Shown here one piece after another: positions 43,011-54,020 of a stretch of 64,000 nucleotides of DNA. Position 1 is the first letter of the stretch; every line of letters starts with the position of its first letter. The stretch is from Candidatus Poribacteria bacterium (GTDB taxonomy: Bacteria > Poribacteria > WGA-4E > PCPOR2b), in contig OZ220744.1 in the NCBI GenBank assembly GCA_965116925.1, positions 736,001 to 800,000 on the forward strand. The letters run 5' to 3'. The notes beneath the pieces were generated by a model. It was not told where the DNA came from. It did not search any database and saw only the letters and a list, made by a program, of their open reading frames with translations. The translations under genes were made by a program, and so were the position numbers.

Positions 43011-43087
43011 TATTGATTCATAAAAAATAAAGTGCAATACGATAAGCACGTGATGCGTGATACGTGATAACGTGATGAATAAGCTAG

Positions 43088-43198
43088 TACTCAGTCATAT
43101 AAGTTTTGCATATCAACAAGGGGGTCGGGTGACCCGACCCCTACGAAGTATTATGAGTCTCAATCCATATAGACAAGCATAATTTGCCTGACAGTGTA
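43088..43198. mobile_element. 111-bp MITE, IS701-like shell, CTAG duplication
   Basis: CTAG-TACTCAGTCA...TGACAGTGTA-CTAG; almost identical copy 57742-57852; inverted expanded copy 52710-52918. Confidence 0.82.
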
Positions 43199-43412
43199 CT
43201 AGGGCGTGCTGATATTTTGCTGTTGCTAATTCGGCAAACGTTGTAATCATCGGGCAATCTGCCATAAGTAGCGCGGACTGTTAGTTTGCGGCGGGGGATC
43301 ACAATCTAACAGATCGTGGTACAAAAGGAGCCGTCCTGATGAAAAACGGAGTTGGGTTTCACGGCTCCCGTTCAACCCAACCTACGTTCTTATCCCGTAA
43401 AAATTGCTTGTA

Positions 43413-44405
43413 TCAAGTGCCTACTTTAACTTTTGTATTATGTGTCATTGCTGCCTCAATGGCTAAACAGGTTTCAACTGTTGTAATTCCTTCGGACAGT
43501 GGGCAAGCCAGAGGTGTATTCCTCAAGATGCTATCGGCAAAGTTCTCCATTTCGTATGCCCATTCAGGTGAACCACGACCGTGTAGCGGCGTGGTCGTCA
43601 ATTGCTCTGGATTCCATTCGGCTGATTTGTGCAGATAGCCGTGCAGGACCTCTTCCTCCCACCAACAGACAATTGTCCCCTCGTGCCCGTAGACGGAAAG
43701 CGACATGATGTATGGGCGGACCACCGATGCGCTGGTAAATACCTTGCCCATCGCGCCATTCTTGAATTTTAGGATTGCGAGTCGTGCATGTTCTGTATAA
43801 TCGCCGGAGACCTCCTCAATGTCGCCGGCAACCCAGCGCAACAGGTCCACGGAGTGATAGGCGATCCCCAACCGCACCTGTGCCCGTGGGCTACGTCCCC
43901 ATGTCAGGCGGCTCGGATATTCATCCGGATCTGCTTTATGTGCGTAATTGGACGAGAGGTAGAACAGATCGCCGACCCCACCGCCGGAAACAATCTCTTT
44001 CGCGTGTGCAAAGGTGGGCCAAGAACGGCAGATATGCCCCGTGGCAGCTTTCTGGTTCGGATATTCAAACATGGCGATGCGAAGTGCCCGGCACTCCTCA
44101 ATGGTGAGGCACGCAGGTGTCTCACCAAGGACGTGCTTGCCCGCACTCAAGCACGCAAGCAGCTGTTCTGCGTGAAGGTAGTGCGGCGTGCACAGATTGA
44201 ATGCGTCGATTTCGTTATCCTTCAAGGCTTCGTCGAATGAACGATAGATTTTCGGAACGCCCCACGTCTCTGCTTTTGCCTTTGAAGCGTCAGAATGTGC
44301 TACCACAGCGGCAACCGTTGCTTTATCAGGAATTGCCTTGTAGCCGTTAAAATGGTTCGTACCTGTCCAGCCTGTGCCGACGATACAAACGTTGATTTTG
44401 TCCAT
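43413..44405 (-). CDS. Gfo/Idh/MocA family oxidoreductase
   Basis: IVGTGWTG, CTPHYLH, GKHVLGETP, HSVDL. Confidence 0.88.
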   Translation of the reverse strand: MDKINVCIVGTGWTGTNHFNGYKAIPDKATVAAVVAHSDASKAKAETWGVPKIYRSFDEALKDNEIDAFNLCTPHYLHAEQLLACLSAGKHVLGETPACLTIEECRALRIAMFEYPNQKAATGHICRSWPTFAHAKEIVSGGGVGDLFYLSSNYAHKADPDEYPSRLTWGRSPRAQVRLGIAYHSVDLLRWVAGDIEEVSGDYTEHARLAILKFKNGAMGKVFTSASVVRPYIMSLSVYGHEGTIVCWWEEEVLHGYLHKSAEWNPEQLTTTPLHGRGSPEWAYEMENFADSILRNTPLACPLSEGITTVETCLAIEAAMTHNTKVKVGT

Positions 44406-44857
44406 CGTTTAGATCTCCTTGGTTCTGGTAAACCTTTGTATATAATAAATGTAAGACTTACGCACTTCAGTTCTAAGACCAGATAGGGACGCAGATTTCG
44501 CTGATTGTCGCAGATAAAAAGAGAAGACTCATGTAAAAACGGAGTGCAATTACGGTGAACGCGTTGAGGGCGGGGCAAGATGCCCCGCCTACGGTTTGCT
44601 GCGTAAGGGATAAAAAAATTGCCCCTCACTTTGGAGGTTCTGTGATATAATACCGGCAGATGTAGTTCCAGTCGGCTTACGCTATCAATCGGCATTAAGA
44701 TTAGTGGAAAAGTTAATGTGTGTCAAGCGTAAAAGACCTACTCAATTATAGTAAATTTTAGCATTATAGTAGATTTTAGAATTAATGGGACCCTCCAAAT
44801 CGGCGCAGTTAGAAACAGCGCCTACCAAACATGGGGAGGCGCAAGTGTTTATTTATT

Positions 44858-44996
44858 TAGAACTTACGCACTTGAACGCTTAAAGCGGGCAACCACAAGG
44901 GTTGCCCCTACGGTCAGATCTTCGGTTTATAGTCGGGCGCGTGTGTCGTGACGCGCAATGAATTGCGCTACTACAAACTGAACTGCGTAACTCCTA
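44858..44996. mobile_element. 139-bp TAGGACTTACGCA-type MITE nested in TATAGTG-type MITE 44765-45018
   Basis: Exact 6-bp duplication TTTATT; same length as and similar to 63856-63994. Confidence 0.85.
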
Positions 44997-45039
44997 TTTA
45001 TTTTTTGAATTCACTATAAATACCGGAGGTATAAAAATT

Positions 45040-45852
45040 ATGCCCAAACTCGTTGAACCTGTCATCGCGGATCCGGACGACATTGAAGCGCAGATCGAAT
45101 GCTTCAAAGTCCACGGTTATGTTATTCTTCCAGATCTACTTTCGCCCGATGAAGTCGATACCCTTAACGATGCCATCGACCGAGATCGGGAGGCAAACCC
45201 TTTTATGTGGTTTTCTGGAACAGCGCCCGACTACAACTGCAATCTCCTGTTGACAGAGCCTGCGTTTGAGATGACCATCCGCCATGAAAGGCTACTCCCC
45301 CTTATCGGGGAATTGATGGGCGGTCCCATCTGCTTTGAGGAGCTCGCTGTACGCCATCGTGATGGGGAGGATGAAGCGCATGACACAGGGTGGCACCGGG
45401 ACCGTGGCTATTGGCCCGAACACCCCCTGAATCTCGATTATCCACAGGTTATCTACTATCTGAACGATGTGAACGAGACGACCCACTGTTTTTCTATCAG
45501 TCCGGAGCCTGCCGGCGGAGAAATCCTCGACGACAAAGAGGCACATCTTGAACGCGGTGGTATGCTCCATTTCTATGGCACAGCGGGTTCGGCGATCCTT
45601 TTCAATTGTGCCACTCTGCACGGTGTCACATTACGGAAAACTGATCAGGTGCGTCGTACAATTCAGGTCTATTACGGGCATCCCAACCGTCGTTCCTTGA
45701 GCGAAGTGACGCTGATGCCTCCGAGCCTGTGGCGGGATCACCCAGATCCAGAGGTTCGCCGCTTCTACAGCAAGTTCAATCGGTATACGCGAGTCATGAT
45801 GGACGGTCTTAGTATGACCGATGATAGGGAACACTCGCTCCCACAACCGTAG
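45040..45852 (+). CDS. PhyH family dioxygenase
   Basis: FKVHGYV, GWHRD, IYYLND, TLHG. Confidence 0.85.
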   Translation: MPKLVEPVIADPDDIEAQIECFKVHGYVILPDLLSPDEVDTLNDAIDRDREANPFMWFSGTAPDYNCNLLLTEPAFEMTIRHERLLPLIGELMGGPICFEELAVRHRDGEDEAHDTGWHRDRGYWPEHPLNLDYPQVIYYLNDVNETTHCFSISPEPAGGEILDDKEAHLERGGMLHFYGTAGSAILFNCATLHGVTLRKTDQVRRTIQVYYGHPNRRSLSEVTLMPPSLWRDHPDPEVRRFYSKFNRYTRVMMDGLSMTDDREHSLPQP

Positions 45853-46965
45853 GTGAAAATTATGCAATTCAAAGCACATCTTGTTGATGATACGATCAGA
45901 AGTGTTTATGGACTGGAAGTTGCCGATATGAACGGTGATGGACAGAAGGATATTGTCATGGGCTCCACCGGCGAGCCGATCATTGTTTGGTACGAAGCAC
46001 CTGATTGGAAGAGGCATCTCATTTCAGATCAGCACCCCGGCAATATCACTATCGCCGCTCAGGATCTGACGGGAAACGGCTTACCGGATCTGTTTGTTGG
46101 AAGCGCGTTTAATCGGGGTGACCGTTCTCTCATCGAATATCTACATTGGCTCGAAGCCCCTACGGACGGTGGACAGTGGAAGAGTCATTTCATTGAAGAA
46201 ATCCCATACCTTCACCGGATCGCAGTTGCCGACATTAACGGTGATGGTCAACCCCTTCTGTTTGCCGCATCAATTCAGGGACCCGAAGGTGGGTTAGATG
46301 ATTGGTACGATCCGGGCAGTCTCTGGTGTTACCCGTTTCCAAGCGATCCGGTCAATGGTCCGTGGGAACGCCGCCTAATTGACGGAAAGTTGCATCTCAA
46401 TCATGGAATGAGTGTCGGCGATGTGGACGGGGATGGCAGGCTTGATATCCTGATTGGTTGTCGGGACGGGGTCATTTGGCTTGAACCTCCTGCGGATCCG
46501 TTAGAAGGCGAGTGGAGCCGATGGGTGATTAGTGACCAAGAGAGCAGCGAGGTTTTCACGGTCGATCTGGATGGCGATGGGGTCAACGAGATTTTATCCA
46601 TTGAACCGTGGCACGGGAACACGCTATCGTGGTATAAGGCATCGGGGGATTTGCGGACAGGTCAGTGGGCGCGACACCAGATTGATGATACGTTGAATCG
46701 TGGACACTCGCTGCATGGAGTTGACGTCGATGGCGATGGAAGGGTGGAAATTATCTCCGGGTATAACGGTGAGGGCTGGAACCTTCAACTCTATCGTCCT
46801 GAAGATCTTGATTGCAACCGGTGGACGAAAGAATTCATTGACCACGGTGGTTTGGGGGTCGGTAATATGCACGTGCTTGACCTGAACGATGACGGACGGG
46901 TGGACATCATCGCAGGGGGGTTGAGTACGGGTAATGTCAAGTGGTATGAGAATGTGGGTGCGTAG
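45853..46965 (+). CDS. FG-GAP/VCBS repeat beta-propeller protein
   Basis: Repeated D(M/I/V/L)(N/D)GDG...D plus WYE/W-x-R-H-x-I-D; no clear signal peptide. Confidence 0.8.
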   Translation: MKIMQFKAHLVDDTIRSVYGLEVADMNGDGQKDIVMGSTGEPIIVWYEAPDWKRHLISDQHPGNITIAAQDLTGNGLPDLFVGSAFNRGDRSLIEYLHWLEAPTDGGQWKSHFIEEIPYLHRIAVADINGDGQPLLFAASIQGPEGGLDDWYDPGSLWCYPFPSDPVNGPWERRLIDGKLHLNHGMSVGDVDGDGRLDILIGCRDGVIWLEPPADPLEGEWSRWVISDQESSEVFTVDLDGDGVNEILSIEPWHGNTLSWYKASGDLRTGQWARHQIDDTLNRGHSLHGVDVDGDGRVEIISGYNGEGWNLQLYRPEDLDCNRWTKEFIDHGGLGVGNMHVLDLNDDGRVDIIAGGLSTGNVKWYENVGA

Positions 46966-47806
46966 CTTTTGGCATTAGTTCATTGGTGAATCAATGTACT
47001 ATGGGTAGGTTTTAGAATTAATTATACACTGAATTCACTATAATTCTCTGAGCGGGAAAACTAGATGCCCCGTCCCGATTCATCGAGAGGCAATCTGCCA
47101 AATGTAACGCAAACTGTTAGTTTGCGGGTTGGGATCACAATCTAACAGATTGTGGTACAAAAGACTATCTACTGTTAATGTCTATTTATTCTTAGAATTC
47201 ACTATAATTAACGTAAGTTGCTAGTTGCGTTACGATACCACATACATGTCGCTCCGCTGGGGCTCTAAGGCTGGTTTTATCCTGTTTTCTATACACATGT
47301 CGTCCCGCTGGGGCTATGAGTCGGGCAAGATGCTCGACCTACGGAGGGGGAACATTGTTGGGTTTCACGGTTCCCGTTCAACCCAACCTACGCACTGATG
47401 GATTTTTAATAACTAGGGCGTGTTGACATTTTGAAGCTGCTGATTCGGCAAACGCTGTAAGCATCAGGCTATCTGCCATAAGTAGCGCGAACTGCTAGTT
47501 TGCAGGCTGGATCACAATCTAACAGATTGTGGTACAGAAGATTCCTTTTATGAAATAAGTTTTTGAACGGGAGACTTCCCGATGACAAACGGAGTTGGGT
47601 TTCACTCTATCTGTGTATCAACAACAGTGTTGTTGAACGACTCAGCCCCCACTTGTCGTTGATAGGGATTGGCGTTTAACCGTTCAACCCAACCTACGGA
47701 CCGTTACTTCTTACGTTCCACCTTTAGGATACACATGTCGCCCCGCTGGGGCTAAATGAACAGATAAACCAATGATTCTTCACGTTTCACGTTATCAACA
47801 TCTATT

Positions 47807-49015
47807 ATGCTTATACTTTGTGCCAATGTTGGCAGCACTTCATTCAAATACCAGATTATTGATGTCGAAACATCGGCGTCGCTAGTCACGGGCGGTGTTG
47901 AGCGGGTCGGCAATTCGCCTTCACCGTTCACACACGCCGTGCCCGGCAAACCGCCCCTAAGCGGCGAAATCGATGCGCCAAACCATAATGCTGCGATTGT
48001 GCACGCGATAGATCTGATCACCTCCCCCGAAACAGGGGTCGTGGCGGATCTCAGCGACCTTGTGGGGATAGGGTTTAAGACCATTCTCGCCAGGGGGATT
48101 TGGCGTTCCGCGTTGATAACGGACAAAGTAGTCGATGCCCTCGAAGCGGATATTCCATTTGCCCCTACCCACAATCCTGCTTACATCGCCTCGATCCGTG
48201 CGTTTCGGGAGCGACTCCCGAACACACCGTTGGTCGCTGTTTTTGAGACATGGTTTCATCAGACGATGCCGGACTACGCCTCCGAGTTTGGTGTGCCGCG
48301 GAAGTGGGTGGAGAGGCATCATATCCGTCGTTACGGCTTCCACGGCGCATCACATCGCTACATCTCAGAGCGGGTCCCCCAACTGCTCGGCGATTCACCG
48401 GCGAATCTACGGATTATCTCCTGTCATCTCGGTGGGAGCTCATCGTTGTGTGCTATTCGCGACGGTCAGTCAATTGATACGACGATGGGCGTTTCGCCGC
48501 AATACGGTCCTATCCAATCGTCTCGGAGCGGAGATCTGGATCCGTTTGCGGTGCTTTACCTGATGGATGCGGAGGGGTGGGATACAGACGAAATTCGTCG
48601 TCAACTGATTGAGGAGTCGGGGCTGCGCGGAATTTCAGGCGTCAGCGGCGATTTGCGCGATGTCGAAGCGGCAGCAACAGAAGGGAATGACGATGCACGG
48701 CTGGCGATGGATACTTTCTTCTATCAGGTCAAGAAGCACATCGGTGCTTACATCGCCGCGCTCGGTGGGGTGGACGTGATTGCGTTCACCGGCGGGATCG
48801 GCGAAAAGAGTACAACGGCGCGTGCAGCAATTTGTGAGGGCTTGGAATGGCAGGGTATCTTGTTAGATCCACAAAGGAATGAGCGTCACACGGGCGAAGG
48901 AGAAATCTCTGCCGCTGATAGCCGGGTGAAGATTCTCGTTGTGCCAGCGGATGAGGAGGTTATCGTCGCACGAGAAACGGCGAACGTCATCGCGCAACGG
49001 AAGAACAGTGCGTGA
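47807..49015 (+). CDS. ackA: Acetate/propionate kinase family, divergent active site
   Basis: NVGSTSFK, APTHN, RRYGFHGASH, CHLGG, RSGDLDP, FTGGIGE, DEE. Confidence 0.88.
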   Translation: MLILCANVGSTSFKYQIIDVETSASLVTGGVERVGNSPSPFTHAVPGKPPLSGEIDAPNHNAAIVHAIDLITSPETGVVADLSDLVGIGFKTILARGIWRSALITDKVVDALEADIPFAPTHNPAYIASIRAFRERLPNTPLVAVFETWFHQTMPDYASEFGVPRKWVERHHIRRYGFHGASHRYISERVPQLLGDSPANLRIISCHLGGSSSLCAIRDGQSIDTTMGVSPQYGPIQSSRSGDLDPFAVLYLMDAEGWDTDEIRRQLIEESGLRGISGVSGDLRDVEAAATEGNDDARLAMDTFFYQVKKHIGAYIAALGGVDVIAFTGGIGEKSTTARAAICEGLEWQGILLDPQRNERHTGEGEISAADSRVKILVVPADEEVIVARETANVIAQRKNSA

Positions 49016-49232
49016 TGCGTAAAATCTTTTCGCTCATGTTAAAAAGCCGTGCAACAGAAATCGAGTTTGGCTCATGTTAAGAAATCGTGCAAAGAAACCG
49101 AGTTTTGAAGAAAAAACTCGGTTTCTCTTTGCGTTTTGCACTTTCTTTTTATAGTGGATCTTAGAATTATGAGACACGCCAAACCGGTGCGGTTAAAAAC
49201 CGCACCTACCGGGTTGAAGTGAATAATGGCAG

Positions 49233-50252
49233 TTATCGTTTGCCCTGTTTGATCCGTCCCCATATTGTAAACTTTTTGCCGGTGGGTGAAACCGAAAAAG
49301 GAGTGTTCAACCATGCAGGTCCAAAGTCACTATGCGGATTATTGGTGAGGTTTTGCTTATTACCCCCATCGGCATCCATGACGTAGATTTCGCTCTTCCC
49401 GTCCCTATTAGAATTGAAGACAATACGTTGACTGTCGGGTGACCATGACGGAGACCCATCCCAATCACGATGATTGGTCAGTTTCTGTTGATTACCCCCA
49501 TCGGCATCCATCACGTAGATGTCAAAATTTATAGCGTCCCCCTTCCTATCAGCCATGAAGGCAATTCGTTTGCCGTCAGGAGACCATACAGGCCGCCAGT
49601 CATTATTCCGATTTTCAGTGAGTCTGTGTTGATTCGCCCCATCGGCATCCATCACATAGATTTCATAAATGATGTCCAAGTTGTGTACAACGTGCCCCTC
49701 CCTCTGAGCACTGAAGACAATCCGTTTACCATCCGGGGACCATGCGGGATCCGTGTCCGATGTGAGGTTTTTAGTGAGGTTTAGTTGATTGCTTCCATCG
49801 GCATCCATCACGTAGATTTCAATGTTATGCCCCTTATCGTTATCCCTATCAGACTGGAAAACAATGCGTTTGCCGTCAGGGGACCATGAGGGATCTCTGT
49901 CATCAGCGGGATGGTTAGTGAGGTTTTGCTGATTCCCCCCATCGGCGTCCATCACGTAGATGTCAGAACTAAAAAAACCGGGGATACGCAAGGGGTGCCC
50001 ATCCCTATCAGATATGAAGACAATCCGTTTACCGTCGGGTGACCATGAGGGTTCATAGTCCCTAGCGAGATTATTGGTAAGTCTACGCTGATTTTTTCCA
50101 TCGGCATCCATCACGTAGATTTCAGGGTTACCATCTCTACGAGACACGAAGGCAATCTGTGCCTGTGCGTCAACGACTGCTATCAGCGGTGTCAGACTTA
50201 ATGCTACACCGGTAGCTAAAATCAGATGTGCAAACCTATATCTTCGGTGCAT
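49233..50252 (-). CDS. Secreted TolB/PD40 six-bladed propeller with WGxxK tail, paralog 1
   Basis: Signal peptide ending AQA; six IYVMDADG...PxWSPD blades; tail FSVSPTGKKFTIWGRIK. Confidence 0.9.
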   Translation of the reverse strand: MHRRYRFAHLILATGVALSLTPLIAVVDAQAQIAFVSRRDGNPEIYVMDADGKNQRRLTNNLARDYEPSWSPDGKRIVFISDRDGHPLRIPGFFSSDIYVMDADGGNQQNLTNHPADDRDPSWSPDGKRIVFQSDRDNDKGHNIEIYVMDADGSNQLNLTKNLTSDTDPAWSPDGKRIVFSAQREGHVVHNLDIIYEIYVMDADGANQHRLTENRNNDWRPVWSPDGKRIAFMADRKGDAINFDIYVMDADGGNQQKLTNHRDWDGSPSWSPDSQRIVFNSNRDGKSEIYVMDADGGNKQNLTNNPHSDFGPAWLNTPFSVSPTGKKFTIWGRIKQGKR

Positions 50253-50357
50253 TTGCTATGCCTCCTCTGGTTTCAAATCGGTTTTGGCTCAGGTCAAGAA
50301 ATAGTGCAAAGAAACCGAGTTTTGAAGAAAAAACTCGGTTTCTCTCAACAGTGGCAG

Positions 50358-51389
50358 TTAGCGATTTGCCTGTTTGACTCGTCCCCATAGCGTGAGGGTC
50401 TTACCGGCGGGAGCAACGGAGAAAGCAGGACCAAACCATGCAGGAGCAAGGTCAGCATTGGGATTATTAGTGAGTCTTTGAAGATTCCCCCCATCGGCAT
50501 CCATTACGTAGATTTCAAGGCTTTCCCAGTCCCCAGGCTTATAAGACGAGAAGGCAATCCGTTTGCTGTCCGGTGACCATGAGGGATTCCGGTCAATGAT
50601 GCGATTTTCAGTGAGTCTTTGAAGATTCCCCCCATCGGCGTCCATCACGTAAATTTCAAAGTTTTGCCAGTCCCCCTTCCTATCAGATGAGAAGGCAATC
50701 CGTTCACCGTCAGGAGACCATACGGGTGACAACTCATTATTCCGATTATTGGTGAGTCTGTGTTGATTCCCCCCATCGGCGTCCATCACGTAGATTTCAT
50801 AAGTGATGTCCAAGTTATGTACAACGTGCTCCTCCCTACGGGCACTGAAGACAATCCGTTGACCGTCGGGTGACCACGAGGGATATTGGTCCTCAGTAAG
50901 ATTGTTAGTGAGTCTTTGTTGATTCCCGCCATCGGCGTCCATCACGTAGATGTCAATGCCATGAGGCTGACCCTCCGCATCCCTATCAGACTCGAAGGCA
51001 ATGCGTTTACCGTCCGGTGACCACGAGGGATACCTATCATCAGAGGGATTGTTAGTGAGTCTTTGTTGATTATCTCCATCGGCGTCCATCACGTAGATTT
51101 CATAAGTGGACCAACCGTGTCTAGCGTGGACATGCCCATCTCTAGCAGACATGAAGACTATCCGTTTACCGTTAGGAGACCATGAGGGGTTGATGTCAGC
51201 ATGGGGATGATTGGTGAGTCTACGCGGATTACCTCCATCGGCGTTCATCACGTAGATTTCAAAGTTCCCATCCCTCTTAGACGCAAAGGCAATCTGTGCC
51301 TGTGCGTCAACGACTATCATCAGCGATGTCAGACTTAATGCTACAACGATAGTTAAAATCATACGGGCGAGACTATGTCTTCGGCGCAT
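50358..51389 (-). CDS. Secreted TolB/PD40 propeller, paralog 2
   Basis: Same architecture; tail FSVAPAGKTLTLWGRVK. Confidence 0.9.
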   Translation of the reverse strand: MRRRHSLARMILTIVVALSLTSLMIVVDAQAQIAFASKRDGNFEIYVMNADGGNPRRLTNHPHADINPSWSPNGKRIVFMSARDGHVHARHGWSTYEIYVMDADGDNQQRLTNNPSDDRYPSWSPDGKRIAFESDRDAEGQPHGIDIYVMDADGGNQQRLTNNLTEDQYPSWSPDGQRIVFSARREEHVVHNLDITYEIYVMDADGGNQHRLTNNRNNELSPVWSPDGERIAFSSDRKGDWQNFEIYVMDADGGNLQRLTENRIIDRNPSWSPDSKRIAFSSYKPGDWESLEIYVMDADGGNLQRLTNNPNADLAPAWFGPAFSVAPAGKTLTLWGRVKQANR

Positions 51390-51494
51390 CTGCTATGCCT
51401 CCTATGGTTTCAAATCGGTTTTGGCTCAGGTCAAGAAATAGTGCAAAGAAACCGAGTTTTGAAGAAAAAACTCGGTTTCTCTCAACAGTGGCAG

Positions 51495-52466
51495 TTAGCG
51501 GTTTGCCTGTTTGACCCGTCCCCATAGCGTGAGGGTCTTACCGGCGGGAGCAACGGAAAAAGCAGGACCAAACCATGCAGGAGCAAGGTCATCCTCGGGA
51601 TGATTGGTGAGGTTTTTAGGGTTACTCCCATCGGCATTCATCACAAAGATGTCAGGGTTCGCATCTACTTCTCTATCAGATACGAAGACAATCCGCCTCC
51701 CGTCAGGGGACCATGAGGGCTCCGTATCCTTAAAGGGATGATTGGTGATGTTTCGCGGATTATTCCCATCAGCATCCATCACGTAGATTTCAGCGTTCCC
51801 ATCCCTCCAGGACGCAAAGGCAATGCGCTTGCCGTCAGGAGACCAGGAGGGATTTTCATCATGACTGGCATTGTTGGTGAGGTTTTGCTTATTCCCCCCA
51901 TCGGCGTCCATCACGTAGATTTCCATGTTCCCACCTCGCCAAGAATGAAAGGCAATGCGCTTGCCGTCAGGAGACCAGGAGGGCCCATAGTCAGGAGAGC
52001 GATCATTGGTGAGATTTTTTGGTTTGCTCCCATCGGCGTTCATCACATAGATTTCAGGGCCCCCACCCCTCTGAGACGTGAAGGCAATCCGTTTGCCATC
52101 GGGAGACCATGCGGGGTCCGAGTCTTCAAAGTCATTGTCAGAAAGGTTTCGTTGATTTGCTCCATCGGCGTCCATCACGTAGATTTGCCGGTTCCAATCC
52201 TTACCACTCCTATCAGCCGTAAAGACAATCTGTTTGCCGTCAGGAGACCATGAGGGATGCCCGTCATCACCGGGGGCGTTAGTCAGGTTTCGCTGATTAC
52301 CGCCATCGGTATCCATCACGTAAATCTCCCACTCCCAATCGTTCCAATCTCTATCAGACATGAAGACAATCTGTGCCTGTGCGTCAATGACTACCATCAG
52401 CGGTGTTGGTCCCAACACGACAACGATAGTTAAAATCAGATGTGCGAGAGTGTCCCTTCGTTGCAT
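51495..52466 (-). CDS. Secreted TolB/PD40 propeller, paralog 3
   Basis: Same architecture; tail identical to paralog 2. Confidence 0.9.
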   Translation of the reverse strand: MQRRDTLAHLILTIVVVLGPTPLMVVIDAQAQIVFMSDRDWNDWEWEIYVMDTDGGNQRNLTNAPGDDGHPSWSPDGKQIVFTADRSGKDWNRQIYVMDADGANQRNLSDNDFEDSDPAWSPDGKRIAFTSQRGGGPEIYVMNADGSKPKNLTNDRSPDYGPSWSPDGKRIAFHSWRGGNMEIYVMDADGGNKQNLTNNASHDENPSWSPDGKRIAFASWRDGNAEIYVMDADGNNPRNITNHPFKDTEPSWSPDGRRIVFVSDREVDANPDIFVMNADGSNPKNLTNHPEDDLAPAWFGPAFSVAPAGKTLTLWGRVKQANR

Positions 52467-52709
52467 CTGTTATTCCACCTCTGTTCTCAAATCGGCTGTT
52501 TATTGTTTAGGGATGATAGAGGTCCGCTGGTGTTGGCAACCCCTTTACAATTATAGTTATAATATAGACACAAATTCCTGCTGGGAGTTCTCAAGTAAAG
52601 TAACAATTCGGACTATTATCACGTGAAACCTTCGCCCCTTCTTTGGTGTTTATGACATCCCCCCGGACACTCATAGATCTCAGCAAACACTGTTTTCTCA
52701 GTAATCTAG

Positions 52710-52918
52710 TACACTGTCAGGCAAATTATGATTGTCTATATGGATCGAGACTCATAATACTTCGTAGGAGTCGGGTGACCCGACCCCCGCACTGGCAAAT
52801 AAGGGCGGGGAGACCCCGCCCCTACAATTTATTTTCGTGCTTTGCACTTTCTACATGAGCCCTGATTGAAAGCAAACGATAACATATATAATAATTCCAA
52901 AACTTATATGACTGAGTA
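52710..52918. mobile_element. IS701-like MITE, inverted and expanded by an internal insertion
   Basis: CTAG at 52706 and 52919; ends are the reverse complement of 43088-43198. Confidence 0.75.
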
Positions 52919-53950
52919 CTAGTGGTCAACCTGTTTGAGCTGTCCCCATATTGTAAACTTTTTGCCGGTGGGAGAAACCGAAAAAGGAGAGTTCAACCAT
53001 GCAGGACCAACGTCACTATGTGGATTATTGGTGAGGTTTTGAAGATTTCCCCCATCGGCATCCATCACGTAGATTTCAGAGTTTCCATCCCTCCGAGACA
53101 CGAAGGCAATCCGTTCACTGTTTGGAGACCAGGAGGGTGATCCGTTCCAAGTGTGATGATTGGTGAGATTTTGAAGATTTCCCCCATCGGCGTTCATCAC
53201 ATAGATGTCAAATATTCTAACGTCCCCCTTCGTATCAGATGAGAAGGCGATTCGTTCACCATCAGGGGACCATACGGGCTGCCAATCATTATTGCGATTT
53301 TCAGTGAGTCTTTGTTCATTACCCCCATCGGCGTCCATTACGTAGATTTCATCAGTGATTCTGAGGATGTTTCTAAAGTGCCCTTCCCTACTGGAACTGA
53401 AGACAATGCGTTTACCGTCGGGAGACCAGGAGGGATACTTGTCCTCATTGGGACTGTTAGTGAGATTTTGAGGGTTGCTACCATCGGCGTTCATCACGTA
53501 GATTTCAGAGTTATGCGGATCATCCCTGCCCTGATCCCTATCAGACGAGAAGATAATGCGTTTACCGTCTGGGGACCATGAGGGTGCCCCGTCATCACCG
53601 CGATGATTGGTGAGGTTTTGCTGGTTCCCCCCATCGGCGTCCATCACGTAGATCTCAGAAGTGGGTCTACCGTGTATACCGTCTTTAGCGTGCCCATCCC
53701 TATTAGACACAAAGACAATGTGCTTGCCGTCCGGTGACCATGAGGGTGAATGGTCACTAGCGGGGTTATTGGTGAGATTTTGCTGATTCCCCCCATCGGT
53801 ATCCATCACGTAGATTTCAGCGTTCCCATCCCTACCAGACGAGAAAGCAATCCGTGCCTGTGCATCAACGCACATCATCAGCAGTGTCAGCACCAAGGCG
53901 GCTATAACGCTAGCTAAGATCAAATGTGCGCGATTGGTTTTCGGCGGCAT
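52919..53950 (-). CDS. Secreted TolB/PD40 propeller, paralog 4
   Basis: Same architecture; tail FSVSPTGKKFTIWGQLK. Confidence 0.9.
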   Translation of the reverse strand: MPPKTNRAHLILASVIAALVLTLLMMCVDAQARIAFSSGRDGNAEIYVMDTDGGNQQNLTNNPASDHSPSWSPDGKHIVFVSNRDGHAKDGIHGRPTSEIYVMDADGGNQQNLTNHRGDDGAPSWSPDGKRIIFSSDRDQGRDDPHNSEIYVMNADGSNPQNLTNSPNEDKYPSWSPDGKRIVFSSSREGHFRNILRITDEIYVMDADGGNEQRLTENRNNDWQPVWSPDGERIAFSSDTKGDVRIFDIYVMNADGGNLQNLTNHHTWNGSPSWSPNSERIAFVSRRDGNSEIYVMDADGGNLQNLTNNPHSDVGPAWLNSPFSVSPTGKKFTIWGQLKQVDH

Positions 53951-54020
53951 CCGTTATTCCTCCTCTGTTGTCAAAGCGGTTTGGTATCCTTAAACGTCAT
54001 TTTCTCAATAATAGTAGTTA

